DNA of 64,000 nucleotides from Epiperipatus broadwayi (GCA_028023455.1 JAQFVV010000008.1:12524001-12588000); one strand, 5' to 3'. Counted from the stretch's first letter, positions 23,948 through 37,983 are shown. Numbers and translations are program-made. The notes: generated from the letters alone by a model not told the origin.

Positions 23948-25657
23948 CATAATCATTTACAAAATTATTCACACTCTATTGCTCTAACTATATGACAATC
24001 ACTCTTCTATTTTTGTTCTTTACTTATCATTTTATAAGCTGGAAAAAAAAAAAAGAAATCAAGATTTGATATAAAAAAAAATTAAATAAAAAAAACAAGC
24101 ACAAACTCGATGAAAACCTTGTAAAAAGTATCACAGACTGAAAATACTTCCATAGAGAAGATTGATGCAACTATCAATGATATCAGCTAGAGAAAGATTT
24201 CATTCCATACATATATATATATTTAAATATTTAAGAATTAAATATAAGTCCTGTTAGAGGAAAAAATAAATATCAGTATAAAATATCATGGCACATATAA
24301 AAATACTTTTAACAATCTCCACATAGCTTTGAACTCAAATTATCTACAGTCAAGATATATATGTGAAAATTATCTACATATAAACTTTTTAGATATACTT
24401 TGAAGATTCCTGATCAAATTTACCAAAGATAAAGACTACTTTATTTTTTAAGTATATTTCTATAAAATCATATTTTAATTGTATTTTAAGAAACCATGCC
24501 TCCCATTTCAAAGTGAATTTATTTTCATTAAGAGAAAAAATAGTTTGAGTCAACAAAAGACATCATTTGTGTGTGTGCTGTACGTTTCTAGTGGGAACAT
24601 TTTATTCATTCATTTAGTTATTTTTCATGAAACGCCATTGCTGATAAAAATACTTAACTATATCTACAATATATATTGAGAACTTAAGTATAATCAAATA
24701 TAAAGTAATTAATATCAATTTAAAATGTACATATTAATCAATGCTAGATTAAAGTTTTTCTTGAATTTTGGCCAAAATCTTATCTAGCAAATTAACTTTT
24801 CATGAATTTTTATAATTGAAAACTAATTCATTATAGTTAGATTTAAAAGGAAGTTGTTAATTCAAATTAATCATAAAATTCCACAATTAATTGAAAAACT
24901 CTGAATGCACTTCAAAATAATATCAAAATGCTGAATAAATAAAAAAAACAAATAGTACAGCTCTGATGAAATTTCTATTAAAAATTAGATGACTGACAGA
25001 TATAAAACAAAGCCTGAAAAATGGTTGCTAAAATTCATAATCAATCAAAACCTACATGTCGCTGATCATCACATACCATGAAGAGTATCTGCCTCACTGA
25101 CTAAACATCAACATATTTTATATAAATAATCAACTTTTTTTTTTATTATGAAATAGTAACAGTAATCTACCAATAACAAAGATTTAATAAATTTTTATAA
25201 CAAATACCATCATATGAAACTTTCTAAAACTTTAAATAAAAACTAAATACTTTACACTGATCATTCTCTTTATCTATATTTTTGAGCATTATATATATTT
25301 AATGAATATAGTTTTATAATATATCTATTACAATTCCAATTAGATATTTTGTGCTGCAGATGAAAATTCAAATATATATATAATGTGTTTAAAGTCCAAA
25401 ATTTTATACTCCTCACTATTCACAGTATGTTTAAGAATTTTCACAAACATTATACATAGATGCATAAGGTAAATGTGATAAGATAAATGTGATATTCACC
25501 TTCCTCAAGGCTTTTTTTTTTTTTTTAAAAACCCTTGTATTATGCATTTTTTAATTATCTTTTTCATCATTTTAAGTACTTTTCAAAATAACTGTTCTAT
25601 GTATTTAAATGATTTTTATATTGAAACATCCTGTAATTTACTTTGAGAACATAATAT

Positions 25658-26598
25658 AAATAATTATCACAATAGCAAACTTCTTTTAGTAGTGTCACAC
25701 AGTGCAAGTCCTAGTAATCAATGGATGCATAAACTCTCTATCTAGTGCCTACTCATTCAATATTCCCAGACTAGTTGCTAGCTTTCATCAGTGAGGAGCC
25801 TTGGATCTGAGCTGAACCTAGATCCTAGGATCTAATGCAACTCTCCAGCAGTTTATCTTTTTAGCTAACTATAAAGCTACGAATCCAATATAAAAACATA
25901 ATGATGTTTTCAATCCAAAATCTCCTATATAGTCATATAGATCTGAACCTAGTTCAGCATATATACATTTTGGTATAAAACCACTAAAACGTTACATAAT
26001 CATCATTTCCTATGCTTACACAAGCTGTCAAAACAATAACAAACTCTCCATACAGTAGTGCTACCCAGTGCAGGCCTTAGTAATCAATGAATGTAAGGAT
26101 TTTGTCTTAATAGCTTGTGTAAGCATAGGAAATGGTGATCATGTGGTGTTTTAATAGGTTTATACCAATCTTAAAAAGGATGATGATGATTGTGATTTTA
26201 AAAAGACCAAAGATACTAAAATATATAAATACAGAACTGGGTTCTGATCTATATGACTATACAGGTGAATGAGCTTAGATTAAAAACTGTATTTTCATAT
26301 TGGATTTATAGCTTTATAGTTAGCTAAATAGGTAAAAGGTGGCTGGGGGGAGGATACTTGATCCTAAGCTCTAGAAGTAATGCTCTCAAATCCAAGGCTT
26401 TCCACTAATAAAAGCCACAAGCTAGAAAATAATCTGAGTATATTGGATGAGTAGGCATTAGACAGGGATTTTATCCAAAAATTTTGTATCCATTGCTGAG
26501 GCTTACACTACTGTGTGGAGAGTTTGATAGTTTTAACAACTTGTTTCAGCAAAGGGAATGGTGATCATGTAATGTTTTAGTGGTTTTACAAATAATTA
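25658..26598. mobile_element. Family F2 long fold-back with a second F2 copy nested at its centre
   Basis: Outer arms at ~25675-25970 and ~26215-26525, tail to 26589, candidate 9 bp TSD aaataatta (25658-25666, 26590-26598). Degenerate hammerheads at ~25765-25797 (-) and ~26398-26437 (+). Confidence 0.82.
25969..26168. mobile_element. Inner F2 copy with tails on both ends
   Basis: ttggtataaaaccactaaaac...cctatgcttacacaagct (25969-26026) is inverted to agcttgtgtaagcatagg...ggtttataccaa (26112-26168). Confidence 0.8.
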
Positions 26599-26844
26599 AC
26601 CTAGTCCAAATCATTATTACTAAAATTTTCTAAAACTCAAAATCAATACAGGTAAAATATTAATTTGGCTCCCTAGTAATTCAACACCCTCTACTATTTG
26701 GAGAGGGGCATTGCAATTTTATCTCTAAATCAATTGATATAAGTTTGCTTTTTTAAAAACAATATCATCAGTGGAAATCATTAAGTTTTTATTTTATTTT
26801 TTGATTTTATAAAAGTAAATATTTAGAATATATGTATATCCAAT

Positions 26845-26879
26845 ATAAAACAGGCAAAACTCTCCATACAGTAGTGCCA
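26845..26879. repeat. Solo F2 arm-end fragment
   Basis: aaaacaggcaaaactctccatacagtagtgcca matches the F2 arm end seen in the other copies. Confidence 0.8.
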
Positions 26880-28269
26880 TATTAAAATTACATATTTATA
26901 TTTAAGTTTTTAGAAACCTATGGGTATTTTAAAGATATGGAGGATTTATGGTGACAAGGAGTAAAAACAAATATTAAATTGCTCTTAATATGGCAAATCG
27001 CTATTTGGATAAGGATCAGGAAATTAAGCAGCCAAATTAATATGGTCAAAAATAATTTTATTTTATATACAGAGAAGTTTATAAATAATATTAGAAAAGG
27101 TATTTCAAAAAATTACATACTAAAAGATCTATTGGTAATGAATTTGACAAGAAAAGGTTTTTGTGAAATGGTGAGAGAGAGAGAGAGTGGCCTGAATTTA
27201 TGCACTGGTGGATTGTTATATGGAGAAGACAAGATGAAGAATGCAGTGGTTAAAAAAAAAAAAAAACCTTGAAATTTTTCAGTTTTCTTTATTAGCTTTT
27301 TAAAATCTAATAAATAATTGTCCACACATAATAAATATATTTGAAAAATAGTTTGAAATTTATAAGTTTATAAGCAAAAAATACCAAGATCAAACAGTAT
27401 TACAATACTAAAATCACATGTACCCTATATATCTTTCTCAATAACTGCAATTCACAGAATGCATATTAAATCCTTTTTGTCTACAATATTTTAAGATATT
27501 ATATACTATGCACATTAAAAATAAATAAATATTTGAGATGACTTATTAAATTTAGATCTTATAAAGAACTCAATTTTTTACAATGTTGCTCTATAAACCA
27601 CAATTATTATGTTATAAATTCAGGGATGTTAGAATCATGTTAAAAAGGTGACAGCAAAGGAACTAATAAAGATTAAAATGTATTGGTTAATTTGATTGCA
27701 GTATTTTATACCCAGCTATTTTAAGAAAAAATATTAAAGTTCTTTATCAATATATTTCTACAGAAAAAAAAAATGCCTACACAGATTTTTAATAAGAATT
27801 TACTATGACACCATTTTACTGCACAAAATTAAGATATTACAACAGCAGTTATGTGTGTGTATAAATAAAAATGAATAATTTATGCACTTAAAAATAAACT
27901 ATGACAGTTGTTTTTAGGAATCAGTAAATGACAAAATGAAGTAAAAATAAATATATTTTAAATGTTAGAGTACATTGTATATAGAGAAATGCAGAAAATA
28001 GAACAAAATGAAGACTTGTCTGTAGACAAATAATATACTATACTTAAATTGAAGACCATTTATGATAATTTATTGCAATAGAATGAATGACATATCTAAT
28101 AAAAATACCCACTATAGCAATTTGTCCTTTGAAACATATCATTTATATAATTTTTCAAAAAAAACTGATTTAAAAATATACTCAAATATAACTTTTATCA
28201 CAATAGCACTGATTCTTAACTAAAGTTCTGGCTGTAAATTATGTTCAAACTTTCACTGAAAATACAATA

Positions 28270-31200
28270 AATAATTTTGATAAGAATTCAAACAGATAGT
28301 ATGGTGATTTCTTGGGAAGTCTGAGCCACAAAAAGCACAAGTAGCTCCATTTGATTGTTTAAACAGACTTCCTTTTTTACTTTATTCAAACTGAGATTTG
28401 ATTAAAAAATCTTTACTTTTGAATTTGCCGTTCTAGTAAATCACTTAGGGTTATATTATATTGATATACCCATATACTTGAATAATAAAATACAAAAATC
28501 ATAATTTAAACTAAGAATTAATTATTTTAACTACTAATGAGCTTCTTCATGGATCTGTTACATTATCTGTGTTAGGATCAAACCAACTAGTTGATTTTGG
28601 AAAATCATTCTATGAATACAACAATACATCGTTTACCTAAAAATATATTTTACACACTTTCTTTTCCATTATAAATGACAATCAATCTGTTTAATATCTA
28701 TAGTCAAATTTTTAGGTGAGATTTAAATGCAATCAAAACAAGTAAGCTGATATTTTTCCATTGTAATTATTCTCACATAATACTGTTTTCATTTGAACTG
28801 TCTGATCAAAATAAGTTATCATGTGACACACTACTCTAACTACATATTTCATGGTTTTGGAACACATGTCTCATGAAACTGATGGCAATTATTTTCCTAA
28901 TCTGATATACCTACTATATTTGAAAGCAACCATGTAAATGGTAATTCTCCATTCTTCCCTCAATGGTGTTCCTATAGAGTTGAATTTCTTCATTATATAT
29001 AACTAAAATGTTACTATCCATCTTCTGATGTGTAGTGGAAAACCTTAATTTCTTCTAATTTAACCTAGGCGAATCTTCACATCAGAAGCATTTTTCAATC
29101 CTAAATGCATCTATCCTCTATCAACTGCTTCAAGAAATTTGAGCATGATGATCTCATTAAAAGCAGTGGAAAGAATGAAAGTAAAATTTGCCTACCCTGA
29201 ATTCTGTTTATTTGGTACTTTGCAATGCTGTCTTTTAACTTCTGCAAAAAACTTTTTTTCTGAAATAATCAACATTGTGCATAATTGTAGCTCTCCATAT
29301 CTTCCCAATGAAAACAGTCAACATTGCATTTCTTTAAATGTTTTTGTAATAATCTTTATAATAAAAATAGGATCTCTAACCATACACAGAGAAACACTTC
29401 ATAGGAAGTCTTATATTGCTCATTTATTTCACATATCCAATTCAATGAAGTTACACTTTTACAAGATTGAACTCTACGGTATCACATTCAGCAAGTTAAA
29501 AAAAATACTAGTCTTTGATCATACTATTGTATTTTTAAAATTTTACAACAAAACATTTCTAACACTTTTATGTTGAATCAATAAAGTATTCAAGTCTCAC
29601 TCCCATACAATAAATTATGTATAATAAGAAGCCTAAATATAATATAATCTGGCTGCAATAATCATTTCACAGTGATGTAATAATTTATCTTTTACCACAT
29701 TAATGGAATCTGTATAACACATCAACATCTTAAACCATCTTTCTGTTTAAAAAGCTACCAAGTTAGAATTGGCATACATTCCTTAAGTCAATAATCACCC
29801 AATCTAAAAGTTATTGAAGATTTTTCTTCTATCACTAATTGATAAAGAACTTAAGTTTTTTTTAAAAAGTTTTTATATGCAACATTCGAAACATTAAATA
29901 CATTCTGTAGATTGTCTTTTGAAGTGGGAAAAAACAATACAATCATCAGCATACTACAAATCCAGAATCCAAAAAAAAACAAAAACAGTTTTTATTTTTA
30001 CTATTAATCAATTCACTTTAAAAATTCTACCATCAAAATATGATTCTTGATTCATTGGCATATAAACAGTTCTGAAGATCAGTCATAAAACCCAAAAACA
30101 ATGTTGGAACAAATATATGCTTGTTTATTTCATCTGTAGTAATAGTACTTCCTCTTATTTAATCATGTAAAAAATATATATGAATAAACCTGAATAAATA
30201 ATCATCCAATTTTATCAATGTCATAGTCCTATTTGATTAATTGAGTCAAATATCTTGGCCAAATCAATCAACCATTTGTTGCATTTGCCTAATAACAAAA
30301 CTATGTATATAGAGAAATTTAATTCCTTAAATGATGCCATTCATTTATTATTGTAAGAAAACTATTTAACAAAATTACTGAAAGTAAGTTTGCTGTGTGG
30401 AAAGCAATGATATTTCATGATAATTATTGCAATCTTGTTCATTCCCTATATTTTTAAAAATTGCAACTAATAGAAGAATCTTTAAAATCAAGCAACATAA
30501 CTTCATGAGTTCATATATTCTTAAAATATTCCAATATTTTTAAAGATAATGTCTTTCAAAATTTCTCCAAGTATCTATGACGTCTTTCTATTTTTAAGAT
30601 TACAAAGGTGTTTTGATTTCTCTACGTAGAATATCTTTTCCAAATCTAAATGGATATATCAATAAAAGTCATCACCTTAATTCTTGAACCATTATTCAAA
30701 GGATGATCACAAGAATTCTTTCATTAATTCAAAATATCATGGATTTAATAGAATTGTGATATCAGTTTCTAACATCTGTAAATTGCTTTCAATGCATCAA
30801 AAAAAAAAAATTTTTTTTAAGTGAACATGAAGCCTTTTTGCCAATCACTGAACTTCTGTCTGTAAATTTCTATGTTCATTATGAAATTCCACATCTAATT
30901 CTCCCAAGCAGAAAATGTTGCACATTTCCTTTTAATCCAATCATTAATAATAAGATCAATATCAGAAAGATAGTCATGATTTTTTTTTTTTTTAATTAAC
31001 CCAAGAATAGATTTAATTGTATCCATAACTTGATCATTAAAAAAATTTCATGACTCATCATTTTTGAAAGGTCAAATTAGAGCTATTAGTATTCAATAGT
31101 TATAAATATTTTTAAAAACCAAACAATTTTATTTCAAATATTATTGAAATGATATTTTTTTAATATATTTAAACATTTTAACTTCATGCCATATTAATTT

Positions 31201-32500
31201 ATGATTTATCTAAAAACACTGCACTTGTAATTACTCATGTAATCCAAATTCTTGTATTCTAGCTTCTAACTATAATGTCATCAATTAAATATCGTTTTGA
31301 ATATGGAAGCATCCATATTCACAGCATTTTTTAATCTAAGGGTCCAGTATATGTGTTGTCAAAAATTTAATAACAGATCACTTGAATTTATAGGATCATT
31401 TTTGGACACAGTCTACTATTTCTACCAACAAATGCATTATACTATCCTGCAAGGAATAAAAGCTTCCTCTGAATTCAGTAAATCTAAGGCTGGAAACTAT
31501 CCACTAATAAAATAAACACTAGTACCATTACGCAAATCAAATTTTAACATTATTAGATAAATTTCACAAAGAGCTCTTTTAAATCTTGACAGTTCCTTAG
31601 CTACCAGTTTTAAACTCCATTCAGGTTTTGAAGCCTATATCAATAAAATTTGCACATTCTAAATACCTATATTTAAAAAAACAAACATAATTTATTTATC
31701 TTTAGTATTACTCTATCACTTCTTTAAATTATTATTTCTATGGCTTTAATGAATAATCTGTGTGAGAAACTACTTTTAGTCCATATAGTTATTTTCACTT
31801 CTGTAATAACAAGAGATTTTTAAATTGGCTGTTTAGATATATAATTTTAGCCCAACTGAAACTCCTGCTTCAAATCCAGTTCCAATTCTGACAATAGTAA
31901 TTGTACTGCTTCAAGCAAAGATCATAATTTTCCTAAACCAATCTCCATTATTACATTCTTGTTTTTAAGGGCTTGAGCTTAATTTTAAAAAAATTAATAA
32001 GAAAATTGAAATCAGAATTGCCGTGTGAATAGTTAAAATATGGAAATGTGACTGCATAAATACACAATCTCACTGTCACATTTGGTATAAGAAAATGACA
32101 AATGGCACAAACTGAAAAAATGAGTCAGAAAAAGTACCTAACCTTTGATAAATTAACATCTTATCCTACAAAGGCAAGAGGAAATACTCTTGAATGGACA
32201 ATGTTTATTTGTTATTCATCGTTAGCAATCATATGTAAACATAATTCCATTATCTAACACCTGCATAGTCTGTGGGTAACTTGAGCACAGCACTCGACAA
32301 GAATAATCATAATGACGATTTAATATACTCATCCAATGGGAGAAAAAAATCAAATAAATATTTCACCTTAGTAGAGTATCTTTTAGTATCAACAAAATTA
32401 TCTTTATATATGAAAATAAATGAATGATTTGTCATTTGGGAGATCATATGACATTTCAGAAATGGAAATGACAGAATTGAGCTGTGGTCTATGTATCTTC
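28270..32500 (-). mobile_element. Decayed I-group LINE (RT, RNase H-like and C-terminal zinc-finger-like remnants)
   Basis: ISLLST (~30390-30410), DLAKIFDSIN (30237-30266), YADD (29942-29953), FTW...VGIS (RNase H-like, ~28900-28945) and ATCAFCGSD (~28320-28348), in the expected order on the minus strand. The 5' boundary is uncertain. Confidence 0.6.
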
Positions 32501-35500
32501 AGTTCTCTAACTCACTATTCTTTCATTGCTCTAAATCATGCAGAATAAAATAATTTAATTGTTAGTGCTCAGGAATTCAAATGCTGCAATTCATGAATCT
32601 ACCAATGTATTCAAACCATGCAGGGATTTTATCTTATTTGTTTAAAAAAAAATTAGTAAATTAAACCAAGGCTGAAAAGGATGAGGAAAACAAGAATTTG
32701 ATTTAAAAAAACATATTCAATCATAATCTTTAATGATTTTCTATTTGATTTGTCTTAATTGACTAAATTCGTTTCACATATACAGTCAAATACATCAACA
32801 TCTTTAAAACATGGTTTAGTTGATAAGTGAATATAAATCAGATTTACAAAGGCCAAAAAGAAATGAATCAATTTTTTTAATATGTTTATGAGAAATATGT
32901 GTTATGATTCCTTCACATATGATAATAAAATTTAAAAAGCCATAATCTTAGATGAATGAAATGATTATTCTCTATAAAAAAAAATCCACATTTGATTGAT
33001 TCCAGGAGGGTAACATTGCCATAAATATATATAATAAAAAAATTGAAGAAAAAGGCATGTAACAATTATTAACTTTTTTTATAAGACATAGAGAGAAACA
33101 CATAAAGGATAATCCTATCATTCAAGGATTAGTGAATACCAGTCTACTTATAAGAATTTTTTTTTTTATATTGTTTTTTTTTTTTTAAAAAAAAACAACT
33201 GAATATTATGTGAAGGAAAAAGAGGCTATTAGGTAAAAGGCTCACTAAAAATTCTGACTGTATTGCCAAGTTATAATATTAAATCTTAATTCTAATGTTA
33301 TACACCCAGTATAATATAATATTTTTATTAAATTCTCCAATTCAGCTGTCAGTTTTGACTGCACAATAACCTTTCTCAGAGCTTTTGCTACTTCACTTGC
33401 AATGTTAAAAAAACAACCCTCTATTCTATAGTCTAAACTGTAAACTGGATTGGAGAACTTGTTAAAGATATTGTATTAGGCTGAGTGTAAAGGAATATTT
33501 AAATATAATTGCTATTTATATTAGAATAAAACAATAGCAGAGGGAAGAAAAGAAAGAATATTTCATAAATATTAAAACTTAATATGCATTACTTGTATAA
33601 AGTTTTCCAAATTACAAAAAAACTATTAATATTCAATCAAATTATAATAGTAATTAAACAAATCAGATGTCACATGACTTATATACAAGCGTGCTATTAA
33701 TATTCAATCAAATTATAAGTAAATTAAAGCATGTGTGTACATACATATAATTTGAATAAGTATTATAGAAGAGGAAAATAAAGAATGAATAGGAGTTCAT
33801 TATCAGAAGGATGTGAGTAATAGCTTATATATCTTAATAAAGTAAATTATATATTGTAAACAAAAATTTATTCATCAGGATATATACATTTATTTGTCAG
33901 AGTTCATGAAAGTTTGTGATGAAATTTTAAAAAAATGATGACTAAAATAAATTGAGTTAAATGAGCAACTCACATAAGAAAACTACCACCAATAATAATC
34001 TAATTTTAGTATTCTATTGTCTAAAGCTCTAGGTGATAAACAATTATTTACAATTTTATATATATAAAATCATTTGATGAAAAGGATTTCAATCAATTTT
34101 TATAAGATTTCAGTAGTATATTTTTAATAATAATAATAAACTTTTGTAATAGCAAAAATATGATTTACAAATATAATTTTTTTTTTTCATGAATGAATAA
34201 ATATACCAAATCAGTCTTAGACAATTTTGTAATTATTCGTTTTAAAGATTGTCTCATTAATTTAATAATAAAAAAAAAAAATTAAAATAACATGTTGTTA
34301 GTAATCTTCATCTAACTATACTAAATACAATAAACCATGATTCCTGTACTATGAATTAATAATTACTATACTATTGTATAACAATTAATGATACTTAAGT
34401 TAACTTTGATGGTGTAAAAATTTAAGTAATTTTTAAATGGTCAAACAAAAAGCAACACATCTGCAATAAATTGCATCTATTGTATAAGAATATCTATTTA
34501 TATATATATATATGCATTTTCTGTCTAAAACCAGATTGCAATAACTAGGCAATAAAATATAATTATCTAATTATAATAACACTTGATCATTGTTGATTTT
34601 GTTTTGCTATTATTTGGCCTTACCTTAACAAACATTGAGTTTCACAAATTTAAATATACATCATAAAATATTAAAAAATCTTTCACCATTAAAAAGTCAC
34701 TAATAAATGAAAAAAACCTGTTTCATATGCTTCCTTTTGTGTGATGATGTATTTATTGAATAGCTATCTACAAATCAATAACTAATAAATGTTTTATAAT
34801 CCAAGAATGAAAGTAGTAAAAAATAAGAAACTATATACACATACAATAAAAAATGAAAATCAACTAAATAAAATTTTAAAATATTTGTTTTTACATAAAG
34901 AATAATTATTAACAGTTATATAGCTAATAAAGTTATCCAAGCATATAAATAAAATATAAAGACTTTTTTTTTTTTTTTCAAAGAAAAAATGTGCCAATAT
35001 ATATGCCTTTTCCAAAGTGCTATTTTAAAATTTATTTAACCTGAATATATTAATAGTTTATTAGTCATTCATTAGATTAGAGATTATCCACTTAATGAAT
35101 ATTCCTGCAGTGTAATTTTCTCTACACCACTTTCATGCAAGAAAGGGATTGCTTTGACCTGAATACTTAAATAATTGCAATAAGCTAATATTCACTACAA
35201 AAAAGGTGTAGAGTGATTTGCAAAAATAATTACAAAAAATATCAAGTAAATTATCTTCTTTTTATAGATTTTATCTAATGTTTTTTTTTTAAACCTGTCT
35301 ATATAAAAAAATCTTGTAACTCAATTTTCATCCACTTTCCAATTTCTGATCTAGTTGAAAACTTCATATATATATATATGTATTCCTGATAAAAGTTTGC
35401 AAACAATTTTAGCAAAAAAAAAATTAAATTTTTAATTTCATATAGGATTCATTCAGTTCTCTTTACAGTACTCCCATCTACATGTATTCAACTGTATCTC

Positions 35501-35861
35501 AATTTTTCTTCTTTCCTAATTTCTGGAATTACATAAAACTAAAAATAGAAAAAAATTAAAAAATAAATTTTCTTTGGCTTTCACAAATAAAAACATGAGG
35601 CAATCATGTTTAGAAAAGAATCATTTAAATCAAAAAACTTGCAATTAATAACCATTTTGGATAGATTGGTGCTAATACACGAAAGTATACAAACTTCTTT
35701 GGGAGTCTGACTTATAAATTTCTAAACATAATCACCCCATTCTTTTATGAAAACTAAAGAAAATTTATATTTTATTTCTAGTGCATTTATGTAAATAAGT
35801 GTTTCATTAAAAAAAAAAATTATATTTAATTTTTGCAATGTCCAAATTTCATTAAATAAAG

Positions 35862-36768
35862 TTAGGTACTTTGGTATTATTCCTGCTATGATATATTACT
35901 CCAGTGACATTTGCATCTGGTAATATTTATTCAAAGTTTCCATTTATGATGTCATGGCTACCAAGAATCCTGGCATGACTAATTCATGCCAAATAAACTG
36001 ACCCTTTTCATTTTATAAGATATTAAATGGTTTAGTTCACCACTGAGACTTATTTATCCTCCACAATATATATATACACATCATTTGTAAATAATATGGT
36101 TTTATATTTAAAAATATATATTTACAGATAAAACTTTAAGTAATATGGTTTTATATTTAAAAACATACATTTACAGCTAAAACTTTATATATTTACGTTT
36201 TTTTTTTTTGTAAAAAAAAATATTTAAAATGTAACATTAAATTTACAGCTAAAACTTTGTTACAGCTCGTCATTTAAAAAACATTTCAGTGTTCTTTTTC
36301 ATATTTCTCCTTTTGCCATAATAAATATATCTTTCTACCATTGGGAATGTTTTTTTTTTTAGATTTGAAGTTTGGTATTACATGTATTGGATGCTTATAA
36401 TGGTACAAAATGCATTATGCCAGAGAGAGGGAAGAATAGCTTTGATGACATAAAGTGTCGTAATAAAAATTCACAAAAAGTGCCGTATTATAAAATCACA
36501 ACCACTTGTTTTATTTAATATTGCAATGTGTTTTTTTTTTTTTAATTTGAACATTCATACTACACATGGTATGACATATTACTTCTGGTGATGTATTATT
36601 CTGAGTTTGCAATACCTTTAAAATAACACTTCCACAAGATCTGAAGATAAATTTTGTCGATTAAGTTTGTCTGCATATTCCTTGAAAGTGTTATTTTAAA
36701 CATTTCTCAAACTTAGAATATGTCACCAGAGTAAGATGACATAGCAGGAATAATACCAAAGCACCTAA
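35862..36768. repeat. Inverted-repeat structure F5: outer 49 bp arms plus inner ~180 bp palindrome
   Basis: 35862-35910 versus 36720-36768 match at 43/49. An inner palindrome at ~36569-36745 shares the same right arm. Confidence 0.7.
36092..36187. repeat. Tandem duplication, 49 bp period, 2 copies
   Basis: taatatggttttatatttaaaaa(t/c)ata(t/c)atttacag(a/c)taaaacttta repeated, with a partial third copy at ~36240. Confidence 0.85.
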
Positions 36769-37167
36769 AGTTAATTTTCAATTGCTTACAACCTTCTTTA
36801 AAGACCTAGTTAAAAAAATTATTCAATTTTATTACTAAAATATTATCTAACTTAATATAAATTTCATTTATTTACATGCATATATACATTACATAATATA
36901 TAGCAATACACAACCACATTTATACATAAACATTCATTAGTTATTACATTTATAACACACATGTATGTTAATCAATATTGCATTATTATTTACATCTTCA
37001 ATAAATTATATTATCATTATTTATTTATAATATTACATACACTATATAAATATTTTCAATTACATTTTTATCAAGCTACTTTTATCATCTAATTTGTTAA
37101 ATATTTTTAGAAAAAATCCAACTTTATTTATACTTTTCTAAATATATTCAACTATTAGTAATGATCT

Positions 37168-37449
37168 AGAATAATCTAGTTGGGTAGAACATCATCTTAT
37201 ATTCAGTATTAATAAATCTAAAGGTTTTTGGTTTAGTACTATCACCAATCTGGAAAGCATCACCTAAAGAAGAGAGGTGAATAATACCATTCAAAACATT
37301 TTACACTAATTTGCATGTTATTAGTGACAGTTGAATGTGTTAATTAAAAAAGTGTAAATAAAATGTGAATTTTTAAAAAAATATTTAATAAACTAAATGA
37401 TGGAAATAATCCAACATAAAATTATTTTAAAATGCTAACAAACTTTCAG
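37168..37449 (+). mobile_element. Solo tRNA-head + hammerhead + Penelope-tail module (SINE/retrozyme-like)
   Basis: Collinear with 13426-13712: ctagttgggtagaac, tagtact(a/g)tcac, gaagaaga..gg.gaataata, acagttgaatgt, aaatgatggaaata.tccaaca, aaac.ttcag. The upstream endonuclease remnant is absent. Confidence 0.72.
37261..37305 (+). ncRNA. Decayed hammerhead motif
   Basis: cac CTAAAGA A GAGAGGT gaataat ACCATTC AAAA CATT. Stem II pairs at 6/7. CGAAACGTT to CAAAACATT is explained by two CpG transitions. Confidence 0.62.
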
Positions 37450-37573
37450 TCGAACATCAGTAAATACCTGCAGATATATAAAGTTATATCAAACATTATA
37501 CTTGCATATCTATACACACAATCTATATATTATAAAACCAAATATTTCTTTAAATATTTTTATATTAATTTTC

Positions 37574-37983
37574 AATAATTATTTAAAGTTGTAATTATTT
37601 ATTAAGCACACAGGAAGTATATGTAAATACTTTTAAGACATGCTTTAACCTGTATCAAATGCGCCTCGAAATTTATAATAGTCAAGCAATATCTTTATTT
37701 TGCCGATAGAGGGACCTCTCAAACCATAAAACAAGATACGACTTTTACAAAGATAAGAGTAGCCATATTATCTTTAACCTAACTTTCCAATCTGAAGATT
37801 GGCTTATATAAGTGGAAAGTTAAGTTAAAGATAAGATGGCCACTCTTATCTTTAAAAAAGTTGCTATCTTGTGTCATGGTTTGGGAGGTTCCTCTATCGG
37901 CAAAATAAAGATATTGCTTGACTATTATAAATTTCAAGTGCATTTGATATAAGTTAAAGCTTGTCTTAAAAATAATTATTTAA
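37574..37983. mobile_element. Family F4 asymmetric fold-back with TSD
   Basis: Arms of ~159 bp (37631-37789, 37813-37971), a 44 bp extra segment (37587-37630) on the left only, and identical 13 bp aataattatttaa at 37574-37586 and 37971-37983. Confidence 0.82.
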
